NCBI GenBank assembly: GCA_965563795.1
Contig: CBEXJS010000001.1
Coordinates: 1 to 62,583 of the forward strand
Reading direction: 5' to 3'
From: an uncultured Thermoplasmatales archaeon
GTDB lineage: Archaea > Thermoplasmatota > E2 > UBA202 > JdFR-43
Length of the DNA stretch: 62,583 nucleotides
This document shows, piece after piece, positions 7,223 to 17,016 of the stretch; within the stretch, counting starts at the first letter, position 1; every line of letters starts with the position of its first letter. The notes under the pieces were generated by a model. It worked only from the letters and a program-made list of their open reading frames with translations. It was not told where the DNA came from and made no database searches. The position numbers were made by a program, and so were the translations under genes.

Positions 7223-9010
7223 ATGAAAAGGATAGTTGTAGCCATACTGGTTTTTGCATTATTACCATCACTTACAGGCTATAATAGCGTAAAAATTTCA
7301 CAAAATGTGGGGGGACAAGAAGAGATAATATATTCCGAGGCTGTCTCTGGCTACTTAATGCAGGCTGGTTATCCAGTTTTGCCATATATAGCAAAAACTT
7401 ATGAATTTCCGCTCGGAACAAAAATAGAAGTAAAAGTAGAAGTTATGGAAATAGAAGAAAAGGAAGTAGATAAAATTAAAATTGCAAATCCTCCGAAAAT
7501 TGATGGACTCGAGGACATAAAACTGAATTTTAAGCCAAAGGAATTTGAAATATATCCTCAGAAATGGTATGAGTATAGCATTGGAATAGGAAGAAGAAAC
7601 GGAAAATTAATGACTATCTTAAATCTATATCTTTATCCAAATAGAGTAAGGAAAGACGGCATTCTTTTGCATGCAAATAAATTTGCTATTAAAATAAATC
7701 ATGACAAAATTTATTCATATAGCTGTAAAGATGAATATGATTTGGTTATAGTTTATCCTCAGAAATGGGAAAATTCTTTAATTCCATTAAAGGAGCATAA
7801 GGAAAAATATGGAATAAGAACTCTTATGATGCCAATTGAAGAAATTTTGTCTAAGTATGAAGGAAGAGATGATGCAGAGAAGTTGAAGTATTTCATTAAA
7901 GATGCTTTGGAGGAATATGGAATAAAATATGTTTTGCTTGTTGGAGGAAGAAAATTTGGATTTAAAGAGGAATGGTATGTGCCAGTTCGCTATAGCCATT
8001 TAAACGATGGCTCAAATTGGGAGGCAAGTTATCTTTGCGACTTATATTTTGCAGACATATATAAATATGAAGATGGAAAACCAGTTTTTGATGACTGGGA
8101 TAGCAATGGAAATGGAGTGTTTGGCGAGTGGAGCTTCAAAGGAAAAGATTATCTAGATTTATATCCAGATGTATATATTGGAAGATTACCATGTAGAAAT
8201 GAAAAAGAAGTAAAGATAATGGTTGATAAAATTATTACATATGAAACCCAACCATTTGAAGAATTTTACAATTTTATTCTTGTTGCTGGAGATTCATACA
8301 ATGATAGCCATGGATTCATTGAGGGGGAGCTTGCAACATGGGAAGCATATAAGCAATTAAGCAATAAGTTTAAAGCCATAAAAGTCTGGGCTTCTGAAGT
8401 TGATTTAAATGCAAAGAATATAGGAAATGCTTTAAATGGTGGAGCTGGCTTTGCTTATTTCTGTGGGCATGGCAATCCAATGAGTTGGAGTACCCATGAG
8501 CCATATAACTTTGATGAGTGGGAAGATGGCTACCAAATATGGGATATGCCTTTCTTAAAAAATGGATATAAGTTACCCATTGTTGTAATAGGAGGTTGTC
8601 ATAACAGCCAATTTAATGTTTCAATTTTCAATTCATTTGACAAAGAAAAAATATGGAAGGGAGAAAATGCCCCAGAATGCTGGAGCTGGTGGCTTACAAG
8701 GAAAATAGGAGGGGGAGCAATAGCAACGATAGGCAATACTGGATTGGGCTATCATGGAAGCGAAGATGAAAATAATGATGGAATAGCAGATTATCTGCAG
8801 GTTTTAGACGGCTGGCTTGAAATAAATTTCTTCAGGCTCTACAATGAAGGCATAGACATGCTTGGAATGCTTCATGGAGAGACGCTGTCAGGATTTATAG
8901 ATACATTTCCTGGAGATGATAAAATGCCCCTCAAAGATACAATAGATATAAAGGTTGTTCAAGAATGGTGTTTGTTAGGAGATCCAAGTTTAAAAATAGG
9001 AGGATATTAA
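7223..9010 (+). CDS. Secreted clan-CD cysteine peptidase, C25 (gingipain)-like
   Basis: Has an N-terminal signal peptide (MKRIVVAILVFALLPSLTG). Candidate His/Cys dyad contexts are FCGHGNP and VIGGCHNSQF. YVLLVGG and GRLP motifs are typical of the C25 family. Confidence 0.55.
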   Translation: MKRIVVAILVFALLPSLTGYNSVKISQNVGGQEEIIYSEAVSGYLMQAGYPVLPYIAKTYEFPLGTKIEVKVEVMEIEEKEVDKIKIANPPKIDGLEDIKLNFKPKEFEIYPQKWYEYSIGIGRRNGKLMTILNLYLYPNRVRKDGILLHANKFAIKINHDKIYSYSCKDEYDLVIVYPQKWENSLIPLKEHKEKYGIRTLMMPIEEILSKYEGRDDAEKLKYFIKDALEEYGIKYVLLVGGRKFGFKEEWYVPVRYSHLNDGSNWEASYLCDLYFADIYKYEDGKPVFDDWDSNGNGVFGEWSFKGKDYLDLYPDVYIGRLPCRNEKEVKIMVDKIITYETQPFEEFYNFILVAGDSYNDSHGFIEGELATWEAYKQLSNKFKAIKVWASEVDLNAKNIGNALNGGAGFAYFCGHGNPMSWSTHEPYNFDEWEDGYQIWDMPFLKNGYKLPIVVIGGCHNSQFNVSIFNSFDKEKIWKGENAPECWSWWLTRKIGGGAIATIGNTGLGYHGSEDENNDGIADYLQVLDGWLEINFFRLYNEGIDMLGMLHGETLSGFIDTFPGDDKMPLKDTIDIKVVQEWCLLGDPSLKIGGY

Positions 9011-10188
9011 GGTAGAATTGAATAAAAAAATGTTGCTATAATTACAACTGCAATTGCTGGAGGGAGAAGGAGCTTATATGCCTGTAAAAATTTTGGCTTA
9101 AAGTAGTCATAGGTTAGAACAACACATGGATGAATAGGAGAAATAAGATATCCCATAAAGGATGATACATAAAGCAAGGCAACCATATTAATGCTATCTA
9201 AAAATGGAAATAAAATTGGATAAAGAATGCCTACCGCCGCTAGATTATGAGCTGTAACTAAACCAATTATGAAAGAAAGCAATGCTATTGTAATAAAGCT
9301 TGGCATATGAATAAGATGTGTTGAAATTATTTGAGGGATACCAGTTTCAAATATGATGTTCTTTAAAAGCATAATACCATATATTGCAATAGCTAAGGTA
9401 ATTGAAATGCCTTTTTTCAACATTGCAAACTCTCTTTTCTTTGCCATTATTAATGCTACAGCTATACCAATTGGCAAAGAAATTAAAAAAGCTGAATATG
9501 TAGAGATGAAAAAAGATAGAGGTGTTGCAATTGAAACTGGAATGATGATGGGCAATAGCCCTTTATATTCTGATTGTACCGCCACCTTTTTTTCTTCTTC
9601 AACAGCCTTTACTTTCCTAACAAAAAAATAACCTACAATAAAAAGGAGAAAAAATATGGGAATTTGCATAACAATAATCATAAATATGTTGTAGCCTGAT
9701 AAATCTGCCAGCAATACTAAGGGAGTAGCTAAAGGAAATATAATGAACCATATGTGGCGGTACCATAAATTTATTGCCATTAACAATTCCTTTTTCACAT
9801 TTGCAACCTTTCCATGTATATCAATGAGAGGAGCAGAAAGCAACGCTCCGCCTGGCACAGGAAGCAATCCAAGTATAGAAGGAATGGCAATAAGCATTCC
9901 TTTATATGATAGCTTTTGCTTCATTGTATTTATAACTCCTTCAAGTAATCCACTTTCTTGCAAAATTACTGCAAGCATTTTTATCATAACAACTATTGCT
10001 ATTAAAGCAAGCACTTTAAAATCTGTTGCAGTTTTTATAACAATATTCAAAAATTTATCTGGGATGGACATTGAAAGTATTATTGAGCCTAGTAAAATTG
10101 CTATTGCAAAATTTTTTCTATTTGCTACCAATGCAATTATTATTCCAAATGAAATTATAAGCAAAGCCAGCAAAAAATAATCATTCAT
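9007..10188 (-). CDS. Polytopic membrane protein, DUF401-like putative transporter
   Basis: The 393-aa ORF has about 10 hydrophobic segments and the motif GLLPVPGGALLSAP. Its start overlaps the taw1 stop. Confidence 0.4.
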   Translation of the reverse strand: MNDYFLLALLIISFGIIIALVANRKNFAIAILLGSIILSMSIPDKFLNIVIKTATDFKVLALIAIVVMIKMLAVILQESGLLEGVINTMKQKLSYKGMLIAIPSILGLLPVPGGALLSAPLIDIHGKVANVKKELLMAINLWYRHIWFIIFPLATPLVLLADLSGYNIFMIIVMQIPIFFLLFIVGYFFVRKVKAVEEEKKVAVQSEYKGLLPIIIPVSIATPLSFFISTYSAFLISLPIGIAVALIMAKKREFAMLKKGISITLAIAIYGIMLLKNIIFETGIPQIISTHLIHMPSFITIALLSFIIGLVTAHNLAAVGILYPILFPFLDSINMVALLYVSSFMGYLISPIHPCVVLTYDYFKPKFLQAYKLLLPPAIAVVIIATFFYSILP

Positions 10189-11117
10189 TTTATTCTCCTC
10201 TGCTTTCCCCTTCCCAACAAAACAACTCTTGAATCTTCTCTTTCAGCTTCAATTTCATAGCCAAGTAGCTCTGCCAGCTTTTCTCCAAATTTTTTTATTT
10301 CTTCATGACTTGGCATATTATCAAGCTTCATTCTCTGGCGAGAATACCCTACAAACATATAACCTTTTGGTTCAATAAACCATGGATTTGCTCTTTCATC
10401 TAACTTTGCATATTCTTTTTCATGTCCCAAGTTCCAATATTTTACCAATGTATGCCTTATCACGGTTCTTGTATCTAAGCTATTTAATAACTCAAGTGTT
10501 TCCATTAATTTTTCCCATCCTTTAGGCACTAAAGGACAACACAATTTCTTATAAATTTCTTCATTTGGCGCAGCAACAGTAACGTAAAGTTGCTTTGGCA
10601 ATACATCCATCTCCTCCAATGCTTTTGGATTTGTTCCATTTGTCACCAAAAACGTAGTCATTCCTCTTTTATGGCATTCTTCAAAAAAATCACTAAGATA
10701 GGGATATAATGTTGGCTCCCCTGTCAATGAACAAGCAACATGCTTTGGTTCCATAGCTTCCTTCCATTTTTCCAAACTAACTCTTTCATCTCCTTTATAT
10801 CCAGTTAGCAATCTTCTCTGCTCTTCTATACTCTTTTCTAAAATAAAAGCAGGGTCATCAGCATCTTCTTTTTTCAACTCTGTTAAAGTGAAAGCTTGGT
10901 ATCGCCAGCAATAAAGGCATTTTTGTGTGCAATGAAATGCAGTTGGAGACATTTGTAAGCAGCGATGGCTTTCAATTCCATAAAACGTATTTTTATAGCA
11001 GGGCTTATTTTCTAACAAAGATTTTCTGAGCCAGTGGCAAAGCTTAACTGCAGAATGCTTGCCAACTATAGCATATCCCTGCTCTTCAAGTATTTTCTTT
11101 ATGTCATCAAATTGCAT
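10185..11117 (-). CDS. taw1: tRNA 4-demethylwyosine synthase (radical SAM, TYW1/Taw1)
   Basis: Has the radical SAM cluster CTQKCLYCWR, an N-terminal extra-cluster Cys region (KLCHWLRKS ... KPCYK) and SLTGEPTLYPYL. Length is 310 aa. Confidence 0.75.
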   Translation of the reverse strand: MQFDDIKKILEEQGYAIVGKHSAVKLCHWLRKSLLENKPCYKNTFYGIESHRCLQMSPTAFHCTQKCLYCWRYQAFTLTELKKEDADDPAFILEKSIEEQRRLLTGYKGDERVSLEKWKEAMEPKHVACSLTGEPTLYPYLSDFFEECHKRGMTTFLVTNGTNPKALEEMDVLPKQLYVTVAAPNEEIYKKLCCPLVPKGWEKLMETLELLNSLDTRTVIRHTLVKYWNLGHEKEYAKLDERANPWFIEPKGYMFVGYSRQRMKLDNMPSHEEIKKFGEKLAELLGYEIEAEREDSRVVLLGRGKQRRIK

Positions 11118-11160
11118 GAGTTGATAAGCAGTATATTAAAAAAATATTGTGCTTGCTATT

Positions 11161-11268
11161 GAAATATAGAAGGGGTTGTTATTGGACTCTCTCATGCAAT
11201 AATATGTTATTTTTTCATTCTCGTAAGGAAATTAAAAGATAACCAATGCAACCATTCTCTTTCATTTA
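11161..11268. repeat. Degenerate copies of the intergenic repeat family
   Basis: The sequences gaaatatagaaggggttgttattggactctctcat and ccaatgcaaccattctctttcattt resemble the family core and arm. The match is weaker than at other loci. Confidence 0.35.
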
Positions 11269-11319
11269 TTTGGCAGCATTAATCACCAAGTTTATTAAAA
11301 ATTAGGGCATTATTCTTTC

Positions 11320-12183
11320 ATGAAAGCAGTAATTCCTGCTGCTGGACTGGGCACAAGATTTCTTCCAATGACAAAAAATACGCCAAAGGAAATGCTCCCT
11401 GTCGTGGATAAGCCAGCTATTCAATATGTTGTGGAGGAAGCAATAAATTCTGGAATTGATGATATAATTATAATTACTGGAAGAGGAAAAGAAGTCATTG
11501 AAAATCATTTTGATGTTGCCTATGAGCTGGAGAAAATATTGGAAGAAAGGGGAGAAAGAGAGAAGCTGGAAGAAATAAGGAGAATTTCGGAGTTAGCAGA
11601 TATTTTTTATGTAAGGCAGAAAAAAGCTTTAGGTTTAGGACACGCAATTTATAAGGCAAAAAAACTCATTGGAGATGAATTTTTTGCTGTATTGCTTGGA
11701 GATGATATTATAGTCGCGAGAAAACCATGCATTTTGCAACTTAAGGAAGTTTATGAAAAATACAACGCAACTGTTATTGCTGTGCAAGAGGTGGAAAAGG
11801 AAAATGTGAGTAAATATGGAATAATTGAAGGAGAGGAAGTAGAAGAAGGAGTATATAAAGTAAAAAGGCTTGTTGAGAAGCCATCATTGGAGGAGGCTCC
11901 ATCAAACATTGCAATAATGGGAAGATATATTTTATCGCCATTTATTTTCGAATGCATTGAAAGAACAAAGCCAGGAAAAAACAATGAAATTCAGCTTACA
12001 GATGCATTAAATCTTTTACTTGAAAAGGAAGATATATACGCAATAAAATTTGATGGAAAAAGATATGATTTGGGAGACAAATTTGACTGGCTTTGCATAA
12101 ACATTGAGATGGCATTGCAAAGGGAGGAATTTAAAGAAAAGCTAATTGATTATTTGAAAAAGCTATTAAATTATGTAGGCTAA
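11320..12183 (+). CDS. galU: UTP--glucose-1-phosphate uridylyltransferase
   Basis: The N-terminus MKAVIPAAGLGTRFLPMTKNTPKEMLPVVDKP is the canonical GalU nucleotide-binding signature, and VEKP is also present. Confidence 0.85.
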   Translation: MKAVIPAAGLGTRFLPMTKNTPKEMLPVVDKPAIQYVVEEAINSGIDDIIIITGRGKEVIENHFDVAYELEKILEERGEREKLEEIRRISELADIFYVRQKKALGLGHAIYKAKKLIGDEFFAVLLGDDIIVARKPCILQLKEVYEKYNATVIAVQEVEKENVSKYGIIEGEEVEEGVYKVKRLVEKPSLEEAPSNIAIMGRYILSPFIFECIERTKPGKNNEIQLTDALNLLLEKEDIYAIKFDGKRYDLGDKFDWLCINIEMALQREEFKEKLIDYLKKLLNYVG

Positions 12184-12681
12184 ATAAATTGCAATGAAAG
12201 AAAAAATTGGAACTGTAAAGTTATCATTTAATGGAGAATATGCTTCCACTATTGCACCCACAAATGCGCCAATTAATGCAATATAAAAATTTTTAATTAA
12301 AATGAAAACTGGAATGAAAGAAAGGAGGAATGCAGAGAATGTACCGATATATGTTTTAGATGAGAGAGGAATTTTCTTCTTTCCAAATTTCATCCCAAAT
12401 AAGGCTGAGAAAACATCTCCATTTGCAGTTATTAACATTGCAGATGCTATAATTTTTGGATGGATAGTTAAATAAAAAGCAGATATGATAGCCACACCTA
12501 AAAAATACCAAAATACTCTTTCAGCATCTTTTATATATTTTGTAAAAATGGCAGATGAAATAATTGCTAAAGCAAAAAATATTGTCATAAATTTTTGATA
12601 AAATAGGAAAAGAATTGCAAATAAATTTCCAAATATAAAATGGATTAATTTTCTCTTGATTATATTTTGCTCTATTTTCAT
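12166..12681 (-). CDS. Small polytopic membrane protein, CTP-dependent polyprenol (dolichol/phytol) kinase-like
   Basis: The 171-aa ORF has an RKxxH N-terminal motif (KRKLIHF), GDVFSALFGMKFGKKKI..SSKTYIGT (CTP_transf_1-like) and several TM helices. It shares a TAATG overlap with trkH. Confidence 0.4.
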   Translation of the reverse strand: MKIEQNIIKRKLIHFIFGNLFAILFLFYQKFMTIFFALAIISSAIFTKYIKDAERVFWYFLGVAIISAFYLTIHPKIIASAMLITANGDVFSALFGMKFGKKKIPLSSKTYIGTFSAFLLSFIPVFILIKNFYIALIGAFVGAIVEAYSPLNDNFTVPIFSFIAIYLAYII

Positions 12682-14129
12682 TAAACTATTTTCCCTCCCT
12701 TTACAATAGCCCTTAATAAAATAAGAATAGGAATAATTTCAAGCCTACCAACCCACATATTCAATATTAGCATGAACTTTGCCATAGGATTCATATTTAT
12801 TGCAGTAATTCCCGCGCTAAGTCCAACGTTGCCTTGGGCTGAGCAGACTTCAAAAACAGCATTGCTTAAATCTGCACCAGTAGAATGCATTACAATGAAA
12901 ATGCCAACAACAAGCAGAATCGCCCATAAAAAGGATACAATCGCAGCCTCGCTAATTTCTTCTATTGCTTCTTCCTTGCCCAATACTTTTCCTCCAAGCT
13001 TATAGGCAAATGTTCCTTTCACAGGCAAAAAGATCCTTCTGACTTTCCATCCTACACCTTTTGCTAGCAAAATAATCCTAAATAATTTTATTCCCCCGGC
13101 TGTTGAACCTGCTGCTCCCCCTGCAATCATAGCCAAAGATAAAAGAAGCTTTGCCTCTTCTCCCCAACTTGCAATATTTACTGTTGAAAATCCCGTGCAT
13201 GTTAAGGCAGAGATATATTGAAATGCAGAATATTTGAAAGAAATTGCAAAAGAAGAATATGAACCATCGTTTATATTTATATAAGTTAATGCTATGGCTC
13301 CTATGAAAAGAAGAAAGAGTAAGGCTTGGGTTTGTACATCCTTAAAGAAATTCTTTATCCTTCCTTTTAAAAGCTCATAGTGGGTGGAGAAAGCAATTGC
13401 CCCAGCAACCATCATAGGCACCAATAAAATTTGAATGAATGTTGGATAGGATGCCATACTATCATCTTTTATTGAAAATCCTCCTGTAGCAATGGCAGTC
13501 ATACAATGGTTTATTGCTTCCCAAGCTGGAATTCCTGCAATAAGCAATGCTATTATGCCAATTACCGTATAAAGCAAATAAATCCACCATATTGTTTTTA
13601 CAGTTGATATGATGCTTGGATGAATTTTTTCTTCTCTTGCCTCACTCCTGTATAAAGTAAATGAGCCTGTTCCAGGGCGAGCTAAAATAACAAGAGTTAA
13701 AACAATTACCCCAACTCCACCAACCCACTGAATAAAACTCCTCCAAAATTGTATGGAGTGCGGCAGTTGGCTTGGATGGCTGAACATTGTTAAGCCCGTT
13801 CCTGTCCATCCAGAAACAGCTTCAAAAAATGATGAAAGAAAATCTATTTTTACTATGAAATAAAATGGAATCGATGAAATAAGAGATATAATAAGCCATG
13901 ATAAGGCGGCAGTTATCATTGCATGTCTTATTTTTGTTTCATGGTCACATTTTCCAGCAAATCTGAATAAAGCACCTATGCCTAAAAAAGTAAGAGAAGT
14001 TAATATATACCATTTTATCGAATCAAATTCTCCATATATGATGCAAACAAAATTAACCAAATTTATTATTATTCCAACTGCAATAAGGACAGCACCAGTA
14101 TCCCTTAAAACGATTTTTAAATTTTTCAT
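12681..14129 (-). CDS. trkH: Trk-type potassium uptake protein, membrane subunit
   Basis: The 482-aa polytopic protein has repeated selectivity-filter-like GxG segments (SGWTGTGL, TGGFS, CTGFS, QGNVGLS). It is overlapped by trkA. Confidence 0.8.
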   Translation of the reverse strand: MKNLKIVLRDTGAVLIAVGIIINLVNFVCIIYGEFDSIKWYILTSLTFLGIGALFRFAGKCDHETKIRHAMITAALSWLIISLISSIPFYFIVKIDFLSSFFEAVSGWTGTGLTMFSHPSQLPHSIQFWRSFIQWVGGVGVIVLTLVILARPGTGSFTLYRSEAREEKIHPSIISTVKTIWWIYLLYTVIGIIALLIAGIPAWEAINHCMTAIATGGFSIKDDSMASYPTFIQILLVPMMVAGAIAFSTHYELLKGRIKNFFKDVQTQALLFLLFIGAIALTYININDGSYSSFAISFKYSAFQYISALTCTGFSTVNIASWGEEAKLLLSLAMIAGGAAGSTAGGIKLFRIILLAKGVGWKVRRIFLPVKGTFAYKLGGKVLGKEEAIEEISEAAIVSFLWAILLVVGIFIVMHSTGADLSNAVFEVCSAQGNVGLSAGITAINMNPMAKFMLILNMWVGRLEIIPILILLRAIVKGGKIV

Positions 14130-14776
14130 TTCTCAAAGAATACTTCCATTGTTTTATCAATTTTATCCTTTCTCGCCAATAAAGTTACCAAATCTCCTGG
14201 CTGAAAGCGAGTATCTTCTGCTGGAATAATAACTTCTGAATCTCTTTCAATAACAATGATGCTTACGCCTCTTGGCAATTTAACATCTCCAACAGCTTTT
14301 CCAGCTACTTTTGCATTAGGAGGGATACTTATTTTGAAAATCTCTGCTCTTTCTCCCAAACTCATAAAATCTTTTACCATTGGGCGGCGAACAGCTCTAT
14401 ACAAATATTCTGCTGTAATTGCTGCTGGATTTCCAACAATATTTACTCCTTTTTCTATAAACATTGGCTTATTTTCCTCATTATTTACAATTGATACCAA
14501 AGAAGGAATGCCAATTGATTTCGCTAATGACATTACGAGCAAGTTAGTTGCATCATCTGCTGTAGTAATCAATGCATCTGCATTGTCTGCGCCTGCATCA
14601 AGCAGTGTTTCTTTGTCAGTAGCATCTGCATTTATGACAACTGCATCATACTTCTTTGAGATTTCCTCGCATTTCTCTTTATTCTTTTCAATGACTACTA
14701 CATCATCTTTGTTTTTTAAGGCGAGAGCAATTAATTTTTCTCCAATTTCGCCAGCCCCAACTATGATGAGATACAT
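14126..14776 (-). CDS. trkA: Trk system NAD-binding subunit
   Basis: Has the Rossmann motif IIVGAGEIG and a C-terminal RCK_C domain. The track ORF starts at GTG 14785; the ATG at 14776 gives the typical MYLIIVGAG start. Confidence 0.85.
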   Translation of the reverse strand: MYLIIVGAGEIGEKLIALALKNKDDVVVIEKNKEKCEEISKKYDAVVINADATDKETLLDAGADNADALITTADDATNLLVMSLAKSIGIPSLVSIVNNEENKPMFIEKGVNIVGNPAAITAEYLYRAVRRPMVKDFMSLGERAEIFKISIPPNAKVAGKAVGDVKLPRGVSIIVIERDSEVIIPAEDTRFQPGDLVTLLARKDKIDKTMEVFFEK

Positions 14777-14824
14777 TTTAACCACGATGGCAAAAGATAA
14801 TTAATCATATTTATTAAATTTTTC

Positions 14825-16015
14825 TCATATGTCATTTTCCACCTCTTTTTCATCCCATGCATATGCATTAGAAGAATAAGCTATCGCTTTTATAACATGC
14901 TTTCCTTGTAAATCAAAATTGAATTTAAAAGGAGGCTCGCTATCTATGAAATATAGCTCCCCATCTACATAAAACTCAACCTTTTCTGCATTCTCAGCAT
15001 ATGCTTCAATTTGATTGCCATTTATTCCTAGCTCAACATAAAGTTCTTCTGCAGGAGGAAGAGGAAGATTACATACATATGCAATACTTCTCCTCAAAAT
15101 CCACCAATTATAGCTATAATTCTTTTGTTCTCCTCCTTTCCAAGCATATACAAAACGAGGAATATTGTATATTGATAAGCCAAAATATTCTACAATGCTT
15201 GCATTAAAGCTAGGTGGAATTTCAGGATGCCCTCCAAATATAATCACTTTTCCCTTTCCATATTTTGCTTCTGCACACGAATAATAGCCTTTTATATCTG
15301 TTCTTATCTTTTTATAAGGAATCCATTTTCCAAGCCAAATCCAGTAATGTAATGGAGCAACATCCATGGGCTCCTCTGTATATACAGCCAGTCCTTTAGC
15401 ATTTTTCATACCATATAAGCCAGGGCCACCTCCATAAGTTATATATCTTTCCTTCATGCCAGCAAAAATTGGGTGATTGGCAACTATTTCATTTTTTATT
15501 GGGATATTTCCTCTTGGTGGCTCATCAGCTACTCCCTCTTTCCATAAATACTGCCATTCCCCACATTGGTCATCATTAATGTATGCATCAACTATTCCTA
15601 ATGCAGATTTTGTTATAATAAAATCTAATGGGTGGCGGGGCTTTTCATAGCCTTTCGACATAATATTTGCTCCTCCGCATATGCCTACGTAACCGCCACC
15701 ATTTGCAATGAATTTTTTCACATTTTCCCTCCATTTTGGATTTAATCCATGAAAATACTGTCTTCCACTTGCCCCTATAACTAAAACATCGTATGAAGAG
15801 AGCCCTTCCATTACTTCCTTATATCCTATTCTCTCTACTTCCATTTCATAATTTTTATCTGCAATCCATCCATAATGACATGCTTTTTCAATTAAATTTA
15901 CAGATGGAGAAATAGAATCATACAATGCAATTCTTATTATTCTTTTATTTTCTTTACCTTCAGAAAATGAGAAACTTAGTAACAAGAGAATAACAATAAA
16001 CAATGCTTTATTCAT
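14825..16015 (-). CDS. Secreted protein with class-I glutamine-amidotransferase-like (BPL_N/ThuA-like) fold and a C-terminal Ig-like domain
   Basis: Has a signal peptide (MNKALFIVILLLLSFSFSEG) and the motif VLVIGASG ... GGGYVGICGGANI. The C-terminus KVEFYVDGELYFIDSEPPFKFNFDLQGKHVIKAIAY matches a bacterial-Ig (Big_7-like) pattern. Confidence 0.35.
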   Translation of the reverse strand: MNKALFIVILLLLSFSFSEGKENKRIIRIALYDSISPSVNLIEKACHYGWIADKNYEMEVERIGYKEVMEGLSSYDVLVIGASGRQYFHGLNPKWRENVKKFIANGGGYVGICGGANIMSKGYEKPRHPLDFIITKSALGIVDAYINDDQCGEWQYLWKEGVADEPPRGNIPIKNEIVANHPIFAGMKERYITYGGGPGLYGMKNAKGLAVYTEEPMDVAPLHYWIWLGKWIPYKKIRTDIKGYYSCAEAKYGKGKVIIFGGHPEIPPSFNASIVEYFGLSIYNIPRFVYAWKGGEQKNYSYNWWILRRSIAYVCNLPLPPAEELYVELGINGNQIEAYAENAEKVEFYVDGELYFIDSEPPFKFNFDLQGKHVIKAIAYSSNAYAWDEKEVENDI

Positions 16016-17016
16016 GGTGTCACTCTCCTCAGCCTAATATACTTTAAATTATTAGCAATACAAAAAATCATTTCCTTTTTAACAGAATGAGCCAGCCTTA
16101 TTGCCCTGCTTATTTCTGCCCATGTTGCTTCATAATTTTCATTTACAACATGTATTAGATATGGAGCATGTGTTTCCTCTGGCATTTTATCATATACTCT
16201 AAAATGGGTTCCAAATTTAAAGCCAGTTTTTGGGAGAAGTTGCAATTTTCTCAAATCCTCATAAACTTTTAGCCTTTCTTCAATATCCGGCTGTATTTTT
16301 TTTGCATATTCCATAAAATCTTCAAAGCTCAGAATAACATCATTTTTCTTTATTTTTGCTCCTCTTTTTGCTAAATAACCAGCTTCCATTAAAGAAAGTT
16401 GCACATATTTGCCAAAATCTCTCCCTATAAAATCTTTTTTAAGTTCATTAGCCAAAAATTTATCAAAAACTATGCATCTATCATTGAGTAAAACTATCTC
16501 TCCTTTATATTCTTTCTCCCCAATTTTTCCTTTCATTTCAAAAAATTTTACCAAATAATAAGTTAAGTCCCCTTCCTCATCTACAATTCCAATAATAAGT
16601 TTATTCTCTGCTTCTTCAATAAATTCTTCAATTTCTTTTATTTTAAATTTCCTTCTTTCTGAAATAGCCTTTACAAGAAAAGCTGGTTTGGCAGGAGGTC
16701 TCTTCCCTCTTTCATAAAGCAAAAAATCCTTTGCAACTCTTACCACATATCCTCTTTCTCTCAAATCTCTATAAACAAGATATTTTATTTCAAAATCTGG
16801 GAGTATATTCAAAGCATGTTCCATAAATTCCTTCAAATCTATTTTCCTTCCATTTGCTTCTATTGATATTCTCCCTTTTTCCAATAAATAGCAAGCCTCT
16901 ATCAAATGTAAATTTAATTTGCCATTAAATGTGCCGAAACAACCCTTATTATAGATTCTATTTCCTTCTTTTGTATCTTTCACAATAACCTTATTTTCTA
17001 CTAATTCAGCTACCAT
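16012..17016 (-). CDS. endA: tRNA-splicing endonuclease, duplicated (two-unit) form
   Basis: The 334-aa ORF has two tandem EndA units. The C-terminal unit carries catalytic contexts FRVYD (Tyr), HAPYLIHVV (His) and SVKKE (Lys). Confidence 0.7.
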   Translation of the reverse strand: MVAELVENKVIVKDTKEGNRIYNKGCFGTFNGKLNLHLIEACYLLEKGRISIEANGRKIDLKEFMEHALNILPDFEIKYLVYRDLRERGYVVRVAKDFLLYERGKRPPAKPAFLVKAISERRKFKIKEIEEFIEEAENKLIIGIVDEEGDLTYYLVKFFEMKGKIGEKEYKGEIVLLNDRCIVFDKFLANELKKDFIGRDFGKYVQLSLMEAGYLAKRGAKIKKNDVILSFEDFMEYAKKIQPDIEERLKVYEDLRKLQLLPKTGFKFGTHFRVYDKMPEETHAPYLIHVVNENYEATWAEISRAIRLAHSVKKEMIFCIANNLKYIRLRRVTP

